Below are positions 10,633 through 20,975 of a stretch of 64,000 bases of DNA, in pieces. Every line of letters starts with the position of its first letter. Positions within the stretch are counted from its first letter, which is position 1. The stretch lies in contig CAYPGQ010000001.1 in NCBI GenBank assembly GCA_964410125.1, positions 54,549 to 118,548 on the forward strand, in the 5' to 3' direction. The notes under the pieces are model-generated. The model was given only the letters and a program-made list of their open reading frames with translations. It had not been told where the DNA came from and searched no databases. Origin of the DNA: an uncultured Eubacteriales bacterium (GTDB lineage: Bacteria > Acidobacteriota > Aminicenantia > Aminicenantales > Aminicenantaceae). Position numbers and translations under genes: made by a program.

Positions 10633-11778
10633 TTAAAAATAGTAAGCAAACTGCATTAATAAAGCATCATTTTCAGGCTCTGGAACACCAACAGGCATAT
10701 CTTCATTCTTCAGAATATAGTTTAACTGCATTTTCAAATGATGAGCTTCAAAAAAGTAATTCATGCCAAAGGTCAGCCATTTATCCATATTTTGCTCATC
10801 AGGTCCCAGGAGCAACTCATTTTTATCGAATTTCACAAATTCATAGCGTGCTGTCAGTTCTAATTTTTTTGGGATTATCATTAATCCACCCTGTAAAGTA
10901 AAAGTGTCTTGAGCCGCCTCTTTAGTCTGATCATCAGAGTTCCACCAGGAAATGTCTCTATGTATATATTCGAAGGTACCGGCAAAGCCTTTAAATTTAA
11001 TGGCAGCATCTCCTCCATAAACCAAGGTTTTTTCAAGTTCTGCAACTCCTGAATTATGGCCTCCGCTTGGAGAATCATCAGATGAATAGAAATTTATTCC
11101 AAAGCCTAAAAGAGGACGTTCTAAATCCTCCAGATAAGACTGCTGCTTTTTCATGTACCCAAAGGGATGGAGATCAATTCTTCCAGCATAGAGAAATTTA
11201 TTATTGTCTTTGCTAGCACCAATATCAATGTGATAGATTTTGACTTTGCTCAGCATATTGTTCGAAAGATTTGAGACAGAGCTGCTGTTTACTGCTCCAT
11301 TATAAATGCCCACTGAATATTCCAATTTTTTATCCAGTGCAAAACCATGCACCTCGACTCCCATCTGACGAAAAGGCGCAAATTCAGATGAACGGTTTCG
11401 CTCAATCATTTGAAGATATTTTGAGGAGTTTAAAGCCTCTCTGGAGAAGGGAACATGTTTCTGTCCGATGAAGATATAAAACCACTCTGGCTTCAAGCTT
11501 AAATAGATATCTTTTAAAGTGAAGTGCTGTTTCCCTGCCTCAATTTGCACCTTAATATATGCCCATTCAGCCAAATTAGACTGGAAAGTCAGGCGCGCTC
11601 TCCGCAGAATAAGCCGGTTTGTATATGGGCTGGAATTTACGTACTGGTATTGAGTTTGCAGTCTTCCCCCAATTGTAAGCTTGGAAGTTTTTGTAGTCAC
11701 TTCTTCGCTGTCAAGAGCAAAAGTGTACACTGAGAGAATAGCTAGAACTAAAAACAATACTATAGATTTTGTTTTCAT
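10633..11778 (-). CDS. OprO/OprP-like phosphate-selective porin
   Basis: Signal peptide; IGGRLQ, LRRARL, GQKHVPFSRE motifs; alternating beta-strand pattern; C-terminal aromatic YYF. Confidence 0.8.
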   Translation of the reverse strand: MKTKSIVLFLVLAILSVYTFALDSEEVTTKTSKLTIGGRLQTQYQYVNSSPYTNRLILRRARLTFQSNLAEWAYIKVQIEAGKQHFTLKDIYLSLKPEWFYIFIGQKHVPFSREALNSSKYLQMIERNRSSEFAPFRQMGVEVHGFALDKKLEYSVGIYNGAVNSSSVSNLSNNMLSKVKIYHIDIGASKDNNKFLYAGRIDLHPFGYMKKQQSYLEDLERPLLGFGINFYSSDDSPSGGHNSGVAELEKTLVYGGDAAIKFKGFAGTFEYIHRDISWWNSDDQTKEAAQDTFTLQGGLMIIPKKLELTARYEFVKFDKNELLLGPDEQNMDKWLTFGMNYFFEAHHLKMQLNYILKNEDMPVGVPEPENDALLMQFAYYF

Positions 11779-11788
11779 TTCCTTCTCC

Positions 11789-12988
11789 TCAAGGATTTAG
11801 TGGGGCTTCCTCTTTGCAGGCATTGTTGCGTTTAAAATGGAGAAAATATGCAAGAGTAACAGAAACGGCAGCTACAAATGATAGAACTACCCAGAATGTA
11901 AATACATAATTCCATTTTCCTTGTCCCATATCAACTAAGACAGGAACGATTATCCCGATTAATACAGTTCCTACGTAACCCATTCCATCTATGAAGCCTG
12001 TCGATGCAGCTACAACATTTTCATCTTTGAATCTTGAGGGGCATGTTGTCACTAAGAAAACATGTGGTCCGTATAAAAAGAAACTGCCAATCAACAAAAT
12101 TGCAGTTGCTAATAAGCCACTTGTTAATGGAAAAATTATGAAACTAACTCCCAAAAGGCTTAAAAAGACAATACTTGTAATATCCTTGTCTAGTTTTATC
12201 TTGTTGTATACTAAAGTACCAAAAATACCAAATACTGGGATCAGAAATACTTTTAAACCAACCTTTTCCATGTCTCCTATCCCAAAATTTCCTTCTATAA
12301 AGAAATATAAGGGTATCCAGGTGATAACCCCGTATCTAACCATATTCAAAAAACATAATGATATGCCACTCATGACTATAGGGAATGATAATGTTGATCT
12401 AACCTGAGCTGTTACCTTTTGTTTTGGTTTAAACTCCATTTCTGGCTTAGTGAGTAGTAGAGATATTCCTCTTGCAAACAAGAAAACACTTGCAACCCAA
12501 AATCCGGCTTGCCAGCCCCATGTTCCAACAGCAAATGCAGAAATAAGCCATGCGATAGAATTTCCTGCTTGATAAGATGTGCCCAGGATTGTAGATGTCC
12601 TCTCCCTGCTTTTTGCATCTTTTTGAATCTCAGCATTAGCTCTCACAATAGATGACCACCCCATTGCCTGAAATCCACCATCAAGAATTTCTCCGACAAA
12701 TAACAAAATAAAAAATCCTGCAGTAAATCCAAGAAATACGTTCATAACAGCTGAGAATATGAGACCTAGCGATATATAAACAAATGGATTAAATCGTTCT
12801 GAAATCTGGCCATGCAAAAACTGACCAATGGCGTAGGCAAAGAAAAATCCACTTGATACCAAACCGACGCTATGCAGGTTCAAATCCTTATATGTAACTA
12901 AAAGCGCCGGGACCACTATGCTTAAATTTACTTTCCCAAAGTAGTAAGTTGCATAAGAAGTCCAAATGTTCCAAAATGTTTTATTCAT
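11789..12988 (-). CDS. MFS transporter, organophosphate:Pi antiporter (GlpT/UhpT-like)
   Basis: About 12 TM; YYFGKVNLS, AYAIGQF, GGFQAMGW, YGP, TGFIDGMGYVG match OPA family motifs. Confidence 0.8.
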   Translation of the reverse strand: MNKTFWNIWTSYATYYFGKVNLSIVVPALLVTYKDLNLHSVGLVSSGFFFAYAIGQFLHGQISERFNPFVYISLGLIFSAVMNVFLGFTAGFFILLFVGEILDGGFQAMGWSSIVRANAEIQKDAKSRERTSTILGTSYQAGNSIAWLISAFAVGTWGWQAGFWVASVFLFARGISLLLTKPEMEFKPKQKVTAQVRSTLSFPIVMSGISLCFLNMVRYGVITWIPLYFFIEGNFGIGDMEKVGLKVFLIPVFGIFGTLVYNKIKLDKDITSIVFLSLLGVSFIIFPLTSGLLATAILLIGSFFLYGPHVFLVTTCPSRFKDENVVAASTGFIDGMGYVGTVLIGIIVPVLVDMGQGKWNYVFTFWVVLSFVAAVSVTLAYFLHFKRNNACKEEAPLNP

Positions 12989-13122
12989 TATATCCTCTTT
13001 ATTCTTCTTTAAATCTTTTTACTTCCTTTTTATTCTGATTTTTGCTGTTGGAGCTTAAGTCTTCTAGTTGTACCGTCTTAAAACTTCCAGTACTCTGTTC
13101 TTATGACTTCATAAAATTATTT

Positions 13123-13863
13123 TCATTTTTCTCCGACGAGGATAAGATTCTTAGTGTCAATCAGGCAGTCACCATTTACATTTTTCATGTTATAAGCTTT
13201 TTTAAAAATTTCGGAGCCGTTTACATGCATCTTGTATATTTTATTTTGTTTGTCTTTAGGCAGACCGCTGTTATTTAGCCAGTCACACACACTGAAATTT
13301 TTCATTATATGAACAAAGATTCTGATGTTCTTAAAGCCTGAGTTTTTCATAAGGCTTACAAGATCTTCTTCTGTAAAAGTTAGCCTTTTTTCTTTTAATT
13401 TGAATATTCTTTTATAGTCTTCCTTAACTTCTGGTGCTGGGGGCACTCCTTCTGAGAGGACCATCTTTCCGCCAATTTTTAAAATCCTATAGCACTCATC
13501 CATTGCTTCCTGAGTTTTTTCAGTAATATGGTGGAAGACCATTCTTGCTGTTACCTTGTCAAAAACTTTGTCGCAAAATATAGAATCTCGAATATCTCTT
13601 TTGATGAAATATTTATTATCTTTCCAGTTGCTGTGGTCGAGCATGTCCTGGGAAATATCAAGGCCTATTACCTCTTTTACTAATGGAGCTATTGCATGGG
13701 CTATAACTCCAGTACCTGTCCCTACATCTAAAACTAGATTGTTGTTACTAAAATCAGCTGAGGATTTAAACGCCTTGATATAAGCCCGCTCATGTACCCA
13801 CTTAAGATTATTGTATTTATCTGATCTTATTTTCCAAAACTGCTCTTGCTTCATATCGGACAT
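13123..13863 (-). CDS. class I SAM-dependent methyltransferase
   Basis: VLDVGTGTG, IGLDISQDML, FDKV, ECYRILKIGG; alternative start 13887. Confidence 0.88.
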   Translation of the reverse strand: MSDMKQEQFWKIRSDKYNNLKWVHERAYIKAFKSSADFSNNNLVLDVGTGTGVIAHAIAPLVKEVIGLDISQDMLDHSNWKDNKYFIKRDIRDSIFCDKVFDKVTARMVFHHITEKTQEAMDECYRILKIGGKMVLSEGVPPAPEVKEDYKRIFKLKEKRLTFTEEDLVSLMKNSGFKNIRIFVHIMKNFSVCDWLNNSGLPKDKQNKIYKMHVNGSEIFKKAYNMKNVNGDCLIDTKNLILVGEK

Positions 13864-13876
13864 GTTCTGTTCTTCT

Positions 13877-15016
13877 TTAATCTTCAAATTCTTTTATGGC
13901 TTTTTTATAATCCTCAACCGTATCGATTTCTTTCCAGCCGCGCTTAATAATAACGCAGTGTATGGGAACTCCCAAATCAACCATTTCCTGAATTATATCG
14001 GTCAAGTACGCCTTTTCAAAAGTAGACGCTCTTTGAAACGGTTTTCCCCAAAAAAGCTTTTTGGAACGATTAAAATGTCTTTTGAAAATCTCAGAACCTC
14101 TCTCAGTAAGTTTCATCATGCCAATAAATTCACCATGAACATCATGCTTTTTCGCCAAAATTTTTCCTATCTCCACAACATTGTTTTCAGCATCAAAAAT
14201 AACATTTTCCGCTTCTTCTATGGGATGATCCTTGCGATTTTCATAATATCCTCTCCAATCTATATCCACGACAATTGAAATGTCCATTTTAGATTCAAGC
14301 AGTCTCTCCACGACTTGTTTTTCAAAAAGAATATCTGAATAGGAAATAATTACTCCTCCTTTAATTTCTTCCTCAGCATAGAATAATGAATTCAGGATGT
14401 TATTATTTTTATAATTATCGTTGAAATAATATTTAATTCCGGGATAACTAATTTTTTCTTCTTTATATCCTTTTATGGCCACTATGTTTTTTACTTTACA
14501 TGCTTTAAAAGCATCGATCTGACGTTGAAAAAGTGTCTTTCCTCCAAATTCAAGCATGCATTTTGGTAAATCATTTGTATAAGGCATCAATCGATTGCCC
14601 ATTCCTGCAGCAATTACAATTGCTTTCATGTGTTCCTCCTCAATCTTTCTTCTTATTTCTTTTATTTCCATGCTAGTTAATCCGTACATATTTATGGTTC
14701 TCATTAATGATGGAATTTCCTTATTTTTCTTAATAATATCAGGAATATCTGGAGGGATTTTATTTTTGGCTTTTCCAGCAAGGTCATATAAATTATCTAA
14801 ATTCGCTTCTAAAACATAAGCGATTTTTTTTATTAATTCTTTTTTTTGAGGATATCTATTATTGTTTTCTATATCATTCAGATAAGAAGGAGAAATACCT
14901 ATAGCTTTTGCCAACTTTCTTTGCCCAATATTTCTTGCCATTCTTAAGGTTTTTATGTGATTACCAAATGCTTGAGAATGCTTTTTACTAAATTTAGTTG
15001 CCATGTTCGCTAACAT
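13877..15016 (-). CDS. XRE-family HTH regulator fused to LicC/PntC-like cytidylyltransferase
   Basis: N-terminal QRKLAKAIGISPSYLNDIENN HTH; from residue 130 MKAIVIAAGMGNRLMPYTNDLPKC, YSDILF, WKEIDTVED; true start may be 15004. Confidence 0.88.
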   Translation of the reverse strand: MLANMATKFSKKHSQAFGNHIKTLRMARNIGQRKLAKAIGISPSYLNDIENNNRYPQKKELIKKIAYVLEANLDNLYDLAGKAKNKIPPDIPDIIKKNKEIPSLMRTINMYGLTSMEIKEIRRKIEEEHMKAIVIAAGMGNRLMPYTNDLPKCMLEFGGKTLFQRQIDAFKACKVKNIVAIKGYKEEKISYPGIKYYFNDNYKNNNILNSLFYAEEEIKGGVIISYSDILFEKQVVERLLESKMDISIVVDIDWRGYYENRKDHPIEEAENVIFDAENNVVEIGKILAKKHDVHGEFIGMMKLTERGSEIFKRHFNRSKKLFWGKPFQRASTFEKAYLTDIIQEMVDLGVPIHCVIIKRGWKEIDTVEDYKKAIKEFED

Positions 15017-15043
15017 GTAAACACGGTGTTTTTATTTTGTCAA
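15002..15043 (-). promoter_or_regulatory. putative promoter with two palindromic operator-like sites
   Basis: TTGACA (15043-15038), 17 nt, TTACAT preceded by TG; palindromes CATGTT-n4-AACATG (15002-15017) and AAACAC-n-GTGTTT (15019-15031). Confidence 0.5.
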
Positions 15044-15169
15044 GGACTTTTTTTTTAGCGCTTTATTTAAGTTAGAAATAAACATCAGAATTGACACCTT
15101 TTTTATTCGTGTGATATTTTTATGTAATCAGAAAAAAATAAATCCTTATAAAACCAGGAGGTTAATATT

Positions 15170-16816
15170 ATGCATAGAAGAAATTATTTAACTATTGTAT
15201 TGATTTTTCTTTTGGGACTCACATTATCATGCAGCACTCAGAAAAAAGAGGAAGCCGCTGTGGTCTCCAGCAGTGATTACAACGACCTCATCAGCCTGTT
15301 TCAGGAGTTCCGTGAATTTCAGAAACCAGAACTCATTAACGGTCTACCCGATTACTCCAAAGCCACAATGGAGGAACAAAGTCTCGGTCTGAAGCAATAC
15401 CAGAAGCGGCTGGCTGCCATCGATCCAAACAGCTGGCCTGTCGCAGAGCAAGTCGACTATGTTTTAGTCTGGGCGGAAATGAACGGGATGGAATTTTACC
15501 AACGCGTCCTTAAACCCTGGTCACGTGACCCCGTTTTCTACCTCCCATCCCAAGGAGGAGCCGGGCCTGTCATAAATATCAATCTCCGGATACGCAATGG
15601 TCTGCCTCTCCCGGATAATAAAATTGATGAATTCAGAACACAGCTGAAGTCTATCCCGGAGATTTACAAACAGGCCGAGCAGAACCTTACCGAAGCAGCG
15701 GGGGATCTGGCAACCATTGCCATATATTATATTGATCGCGAGGCCGGCAGGTACCAAAATCTTGCAAACCGCCTGGCGGAATACCATCCGGATCTGGTTC
15801 CTGATGCAGAACGGGCGCGAGATGCGGTTAAAAACTATGGTAAATGGCTCGTGGAGAATAAGAGCAGTATGACTGCCCCCGCCGGCATCGGGATAGAGAA
15901 CTACAACTGGTGGCTGCAAAACGTTCATCTTTTTCCCTATACCTGGGAGGAGTGTCTCTGCATCTCGACACACGAATATAACCGTATTGTAACCTTTCTG
16001 AAATTAGAAGAAAACAGGAACCGCAACCTTCCCGAGCTTGAGGTGGCAGATACTGAAGAGGAATGGTACCGTCGTTTGGACATAGCCCTGAATTTCGTTC
16101 TTGAGTTCCTCCGAGACGAGGAAATCTTAACAGTCCCCGACTGGCTTGATGCCGCAGACTACAGTGATCCAAACGAACCGAGAGGTCCATTGCCGGCGAT
16201 CCCTACAATCGATAGCAGAGCCCGGGAGAGAGAGGTGCTACCCGGTGAAACGCATGAATTTATTGGCCATCTGTTCGATGAGCAAAGATTAGAGCTTGAT
16301 AACCGTCAGATCCGACGTGCGAGGCGCCTTTATAATATGGATTGGATTCGTTCGGAGGGATGGGCTGTCAGCCTGGAAGAGCTGCTGATGCAGGCGGGTG
16401 TACTCGATAATCGGTCGCAAAGGGGCAGAGAAGTTGAATACCTCATGAACGCTTCACATATGAGCCTTTCACTTCCTGACCTTAGAATGCACAGCAACGA
16501 GATAAACTTTACCGAGGCAAGGCAGTACTGCGCAGAGTTAATGCCGCTCGGCTGGTCTGATGCAGATGACCGGATGGTGTGGTACGAACAGCAATCCAAC
16601 CTGCGGTTTCCGGGTTTTCATACAGGCTGCGTGGTTGGAAAGGCCCAATTCATGAAGCTGTTTAGGGAACGGGCTATGCAATTAGGAGACGAATTCAACT
16701 TACGCGAGTTTATTGACGGTTTTCTGGCAGCCGGAATGATTCCCATGGCGCTTACAAGGTGGGAAATGACCGGATATGACGATGAGATTAAAAAGTTATG
16801 TCCCGTCATAAAATAA
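15170..16816 (+). CDS. DUF885 family lipoprotein
   Basis: Lipobox TLSC; PWSRDP, HEFIGH, SEGWA, LGDEFNLREF motifs. Confidence 0.8.
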   Translation: MHRRNYLTIVLIFLLGLTLSCSTQKKEEAAVVSSSDYNDLISLFQEFREFQKPELINGLPDYSKATMEEQSLGLKQYQKRLAAIDPNSWPVAEQVDYVLVWAEMNGMEFYQRVLKPWSRDPVFYLPSQGGAGPVININLRIRNGLPLPDNKIDEFRTQLKSIPEIYKQAEQNLTEAAGDLATIAIYYIDREAGRYQNLANRLAEYHPDLVPDAERARDAVKNYGKWLVENKSSMTAPAGIGIENYNWWLQNVHLFPYTWEECLCISTHEYNRIVTFLKLEENRNRNLPELEVADTEEEWYRRLDIALNFVLEFLRDEEILTVPDWLDAADYSDPNEPRGPLPAIPTIDSRAREREVLPGETHEFIGHLFDEQRLELDNRQIRRARRLYNMDWIRSEGWAVSLEELLMQAGVLDNRSQRGREVEYLMNASHMSLSLPDLRMHSNEINFTEARQYCAELMPLGWSDADDRMVWYEQQSNLRFPGFHTGCVVGKAQFMKLFRERAMQLGDEFNLREFIDGFLAAGMIPMALTRWEMTGYDDEIKKLCPVIK

Positions 16817-16828
16817 ACGACCTAGTTC

Positions 16829-17674
16829 TCATTTTATTTTGCCTCTCTTAAAACCGGCTGCCTCCTCGGCATCGGCCAAAAAACCTTTTTTCAGTTCATC
16901 CGTGATATAGTAATCCCAATAACCAGCCGTTCGTCCCGCTCCTTGATGTACTGGTCGCTCAGATTACAGATGATAGTGGGAACATAAAACGTACCTTTTT
17001 CGGCCATCAGTTTGATTGTCTCGTCCTTCAATCCATATCCATGCTCGATACTATCCACACCAGCCTGGACGGAACGGTAAGTTGCCGGTTCTCTCGAGTG
17101 GGAGGCGACACGCAACCCATTGTGATGGGCAACTTCCACAGCGGCCTCGACCTCATCGTCAAGCATCTCCGCTGGCAAAGATCCGTGGACCCATAAAATA
17201 CCCGCTGTCAAAAGCATCTCTCCAGGCTATGTCCAGATAACTTCTCTCTCCCACTGTGCGTATGCTTGTGACCCCGAACCGAAGACCATCCATGGCGTTC
17301 AACCCTGCCCGGATAACTGCCGAAGGAAGGGATTCATCATCCTGGAGATGGTTGGGATCGGGCAACAGAGCAGCCATGTGCATGTGCACATTCCATAAAC
17401 CTGGAAGAACATATCCATTCTCGAGATTTAATATCCGGACATTCTTTTCACCTACTGACTTTTTGTAGGTCCCCTGAAGGATATCCGTGATAGTGTTTCC
17501 GACAATCACAACGGACATATTCTTAAGGGGTTCGTTCCCTGTACAGTCGATTATATTGCAATTGGTCAGGATTGTTTTTATGGGAGTTTTTTGCTCTCTC
17601 GGACTAGATGTCAGCAGTAGGCTTACGGCCAATACTGACATAAAAATGACCAATAAAAATCGTTTTAGTGCCAT
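16829..17674 (-). pseudogene. amidohydrolase paralog of 311-1648 with two internal deletions
   Basis: Three segments in different frames: signal..PGLWNVHMH..GPRIFASG / EMLDDE..SIEHG..ERDERL / GYWDYYITDELKKGFLADAEEAAGFKRGKIK*; the intervening parts present in the intact paralog are absent. Confidence 0.85.
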
Positions 17675-17809
17675 TGTCTCCCTCCTTATTTTTGATGTTG
17701 GAATCTTAATATTTTTTTTCACTTGATTCAAGACAGAGAGGGGTAATTTGATCTGTTGGAGAACTTGTGATAGAAAGAATCCATAAATCCCCCAAAATAT
17801 GGAGAGAAC

Positions 17810-19060
17810 ATGAAAAAATTATACGTCACTTTAATAATCCTTGGTTTTTTAATGACATTTCTAGCATGCAAAAAGTCTGATGAGGAGCTTGTCACACTTC
17901 CTGAAATAGACATCTCTGCGTCACCAAACGGCATCGTGGAATTGCCGGAGGATGTCCCATCCGTAATTAGGGATATTTTCACAAAATACACAAAAATCCT
18001 GGCCCCAAACGGCAAACCCATCCATATGCTGGCACAAGCCGGATGGACAGATAACCAGATCAAAAAAGCCCGAAATATCCTCCAATTCATCCTGATCGAC
18101 TATCCGGGATCGGAATATGGGAGCGACAAATCTATGATTGCAAATGCTATGGCCGATAGAAAGGCCACCATGGTCTTTTTTAATACCGAACCCGATCTTC
18201 ACGAGGCTATGCGCGGCCCTCTGGGAAGAGGAACGGATCTGAGCATGCAGGATTTGCGCGGGAATGAAAATCCGGCCGAAGGGATGAAGGACTACATGAA
18301 TCACATAACCCGTGATGCCTCATTTGAGGAGATATGGCATCTTGTGCATGATAACGGCATCAAGGTTACCCGGCCCGCGATGATCGCCGAAATGCAGAAA
18401 GCAAATGACGCAGCGGCAGAGAAAGGATGGCGCGCTTGGCCGGATGACGAACCTCAAGAGCACGCCAATGAATATGTCGGTGTCCTCATCGATAATTATT
18501 ATGATTTATGGACGGTAAGACCGAAAAAATACGAAGGAAGAGATATCAGTCCTAAGGATGTACCAGAGGGATATTCCCATTTCGGACGTTATTTTGCCGG
18601 CAGCCGTGAGAGGATGAAAGAGCTTGACTCAGATGGATATGCTTTGATCCAAAAATTCTTCCCTCCTTATCTGACCTACACGCCTGAACTGCCGGAGTAT
18701 TTTGAGGGAACCTTTTCTCTTAAATTTGACGAATCCTTAGTTTACACCTATAAATCACAGCATCTTGTCAATGTTAACCTAACGGGCAACAACAATTCTT
18801 CTTTAATCGGAAATGGCTTCGATAACTCACTCACTGGCAATGCCGGGAATAATATCTTCGAAGGAAGAGGCGGAAACGATACCATGGATGGCGGAATCGG
18901 CACGGATACGGCCGTGTTTTCAGGCATATACACCGAGTACAAAATCACAGAAGCTGAGGGAACGTTCATAGTCGAGGATAATCAACAACAGAGAGACGGA
19001 TCCGATACTCTAAAAAATATCGAAATACTAAGATTCAGTGACAAAGAAATAATACTGTAG
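17810..19060 (+). CDS. uncharacterised lipoprotein with EExxHxxH motif and RTX-like repeats
   Basis: Lipobox FLAC; APNGKPIH, DASFEEIWHLVHD, YTYKSQ shared with 6222-7547; GNAGNNIFEGRGGNDTMDGGIGTD. Confidence 0.8.
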   Translation: MKKLYVTLIILGFLMTFLACKKSDEELVTLPEIDISASPNGIVELPEDVPSVIRDIFTKYTKILAPNGKPIHMLAQAGWTDNQIKKARNILQFILIDYPGSEYGSDKSMIANAMADRKATMVFFNTEPDLHEAMRGPLGRGTDLSMQDLRGNENPAEGMKDYMNHITRDASFEEIWHLVHDNGIKVTRPAMIAEMQKANDAAAEKGWRAWPDDEPQEHANEYVGVLIDNYYDLWTVRPKKYEGRDISPKDVPEGYSHFGRYFAGSRERMKELDSDGYALIQKFFPPYLTYTPELPEYFEGTFSLKFDESLVYTYKSQHLVNVNLTGNNNSSLIGNGFDNSLTGNAGNNIFEGRGGNDTMDGGIGTDTAVFSGIYTEYKITEAEGTFIVEDNQQQRDGSDTLKNIEILRFSDKEIIL

Positions 19061-19074
19061 AGAGCAGCAGTACG

Positions 19075-20964
19075 TTAAAACCTGGTAAGATCGGCGATGT
19101 TGAGGTGATAGAGCTTGGCCTCTCGTGGCACTCCGGTGGCCACATCCCATCCCATCATTTCATAATAACAGTCCAGGGCTTTTTCAAATTCTTCTCTGTC
19201 TAATTTCACTCCTGTTAGTGGGCCTGTTTCAAGAGGTTCAAAAAGTCTGTCGGGAAGCGCATCGTCCTTGCGATCAAGACCTTCTCTAGCGTTGAAAACC
19301 CGGGCTAAGGTGGTTGTTCGCTCTCCGAGCATCATGAGTTCGAATAAGCTTGTTTCCCAACCTGTGGCTCCCGCCACCATTTCCACGATGTGATTCAGAC
19401 GGAATAGCCGAGCCGGACCTGCCGTGAAAAAACATAGAGACAGCGTATTCAGTAGACTGTAGATATGTTGATTTAGAACAAACCATCTGACTTTATCGGG
19501 GCTGAGGTCACGAGCGGGGACCCCTTTCAGGATTCCGATGGGATACAGATCGGGAACAGCCCATCTCCCCTCTTCAAAGGGCATATCATGGGCTGCTTCG
19601 ATGTGGTCGGCTCCTGTGGGGGAAAGTGCAAAGGCGAAGCCGATATTATTCTTGCCCCTTGGCTCATGCATGGCAAAACTTTGCTTTTTTACGGCACAAA
19701 CAAATCGATCGGCTCCGTTGCCTATAACTTTGGCCGCCCGGAAACTCCCCTCTGCCAGCAAAGCTCCAAATCCCTGCTTGAAAGCAATCTTTTTGATCAT
19801 CTCCAAGGCCGCTTCTCCGTTCCCAAAAGACAAATCAATCCCGTCAGTATCCTCTTTGGTTATAAGTCCATTCTCATAACACTCCATAGCGAATGAAATC
19901 GTCATTCCCGCATCTATGGAATCGAGGGTGTATTTATTGCAGAGCTCATGGGCTTTGGCAATGACTTCAATATCATCTATAAGCATATTCGGGCCAAAGG
20001 CACCGGAAGTTTCGTATTGAGGCCCCCCAAAATCCGGATTGATATCGAATTTCCCTCCTTCACAAATTGGTTTGCATTGTATAGGACAGGCATAGCAGGT
20101 GTATTGGCCAGAAAAAACCGTCTCTTTCAACTTTTCGAACGTGACCTCCTCCACCTTATCGAAGGAACCGCCGTGGAAGTTATATGTCGGTAGAACACCG
20201 TCTGCATCCATGTCTTCCATATCCCAGGCTAATGTGCCGCCGTATTTCAGGATTTCACACACAGGGTGATCTTTCATATTTTTGATAAAATAAGCTCCTA
20301 ATTCCCTGATTTTCTCCTTATCATGGAGTTCCGGATTGTTTTTTCCTCTGGCAGCAATGGCTTTGATGTTTTTAGACCCCAAAACTGCCCCCATGCCCGA
20401 ACGGCCAAAGGTATGCCGGAGATCATGAACCACGCATGCATAACGGACCTGATTCTCACCTCCCTGCCCTATGGTGAGGGTCATGATCTTTTCATCATTT
20501 AATTCTTCACGGATCGTTTTTTGTGCAAAGCCAGAATCATTTCCCCATAGATTAGAAGCATCTTTGAATTCCACAGCATTATCTGAAATCCAGAGGTATA
20601 CAGGATGAGGAGCTTTGCCTTTGATCACGACCGCATCAAAGCCCGCTTTTTTGAGTTCGACAGAAAAGAATCCCCCGGCTTCTGCTTCTCCAAATCCCTC
20701 GCTGAGAGGCGACTTTGCCGCAATCGTTAATCGATTGGCTCCGGCTAAAGGAGCACCTGTTAAAACAGATGTCGTCAACACCAAAACATTATCCGGGCCG
20801 AGAGGATCGACTCCTTTTTCCATTTCGGTCAGGAGAAAATAGGAAGCCATGGCGCTCCCCCCCATAAAGGTTCTGAAAAAATAATCTCCCTTTTCTTCGA
20901 CCGAGGATGAAAGATCATTCAGGTTTATCTTTAGAATTTTTCCTACATATCCAGGAGCCATCAT
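19075..20964 (-). CDS. aor: tungsten-dependent aldehyde:ferredoxin oxidoreductase family protein
   Basis: AKSPLS, GRSGMGAVLGSKNIKAI, CYACPIQC, LDSID, HEPR, GADH, LCFF. Confidence 0.92.
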   Translation of the reverse strand: MMAPGYVGKILKINLNDLSSSVEEKGDYFFRTFMGGSAMASYFLLTEMEKGVDPLGPDNVLVLTTSVLTGAPLAGANRLTIAAKSPLSEGFGEAEAGGFFSVELKKAGFDAVVIKGKAPHPVYLWISDNAVEFKDASNLWGNDSGFAQKTIREELNDEKIMTLTIGQGGENQVRYACVVHDLRHTFGRSGMGAVLGSKNIKAIAARGKNNPELHDKEKIRELGAYFIKNMKDHPVCEILKYGGTLAWDMEDMDADGVLPTYNFHGGSFDKVEEVTFEKLKETVFSGQYTCYACPIQCKPICEGGKFDINPDFGGPQYETSGAFGPNMLIDDIEVIAKAHELCNKYTLDSIDAGMTISFAMECYENGLITKEDTDGIDLSFGNGEAALEMIKKIAFKQGFGALLAEGSFRAAKVIGNGADRFVCAVKKQSFAMHEPRGKNNIGFAFALSPTGADHIEAAHDMPFEEGRWAVPDLYPIGILKGVPARDLSPDKVRWFVLNQHIYSLLNTLSLCFFTAGPARLFRLNHIVEMVAGATGWETSLFELMMLGERTTTLARVFNAREGLDRKDDALPDRLFEPLETGPLTGVKLDREEFEKALDCYYEMMGWDVATGVPREAKLYHLNIADLTRF

Positions 20965-20975
20965 GAACCTCCATA

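Noticed and set aside
12989-13122. Possible small ORF between methyltransferase and MFS genes
   Set aside because: ATG-initiated frames stop within a few codons.
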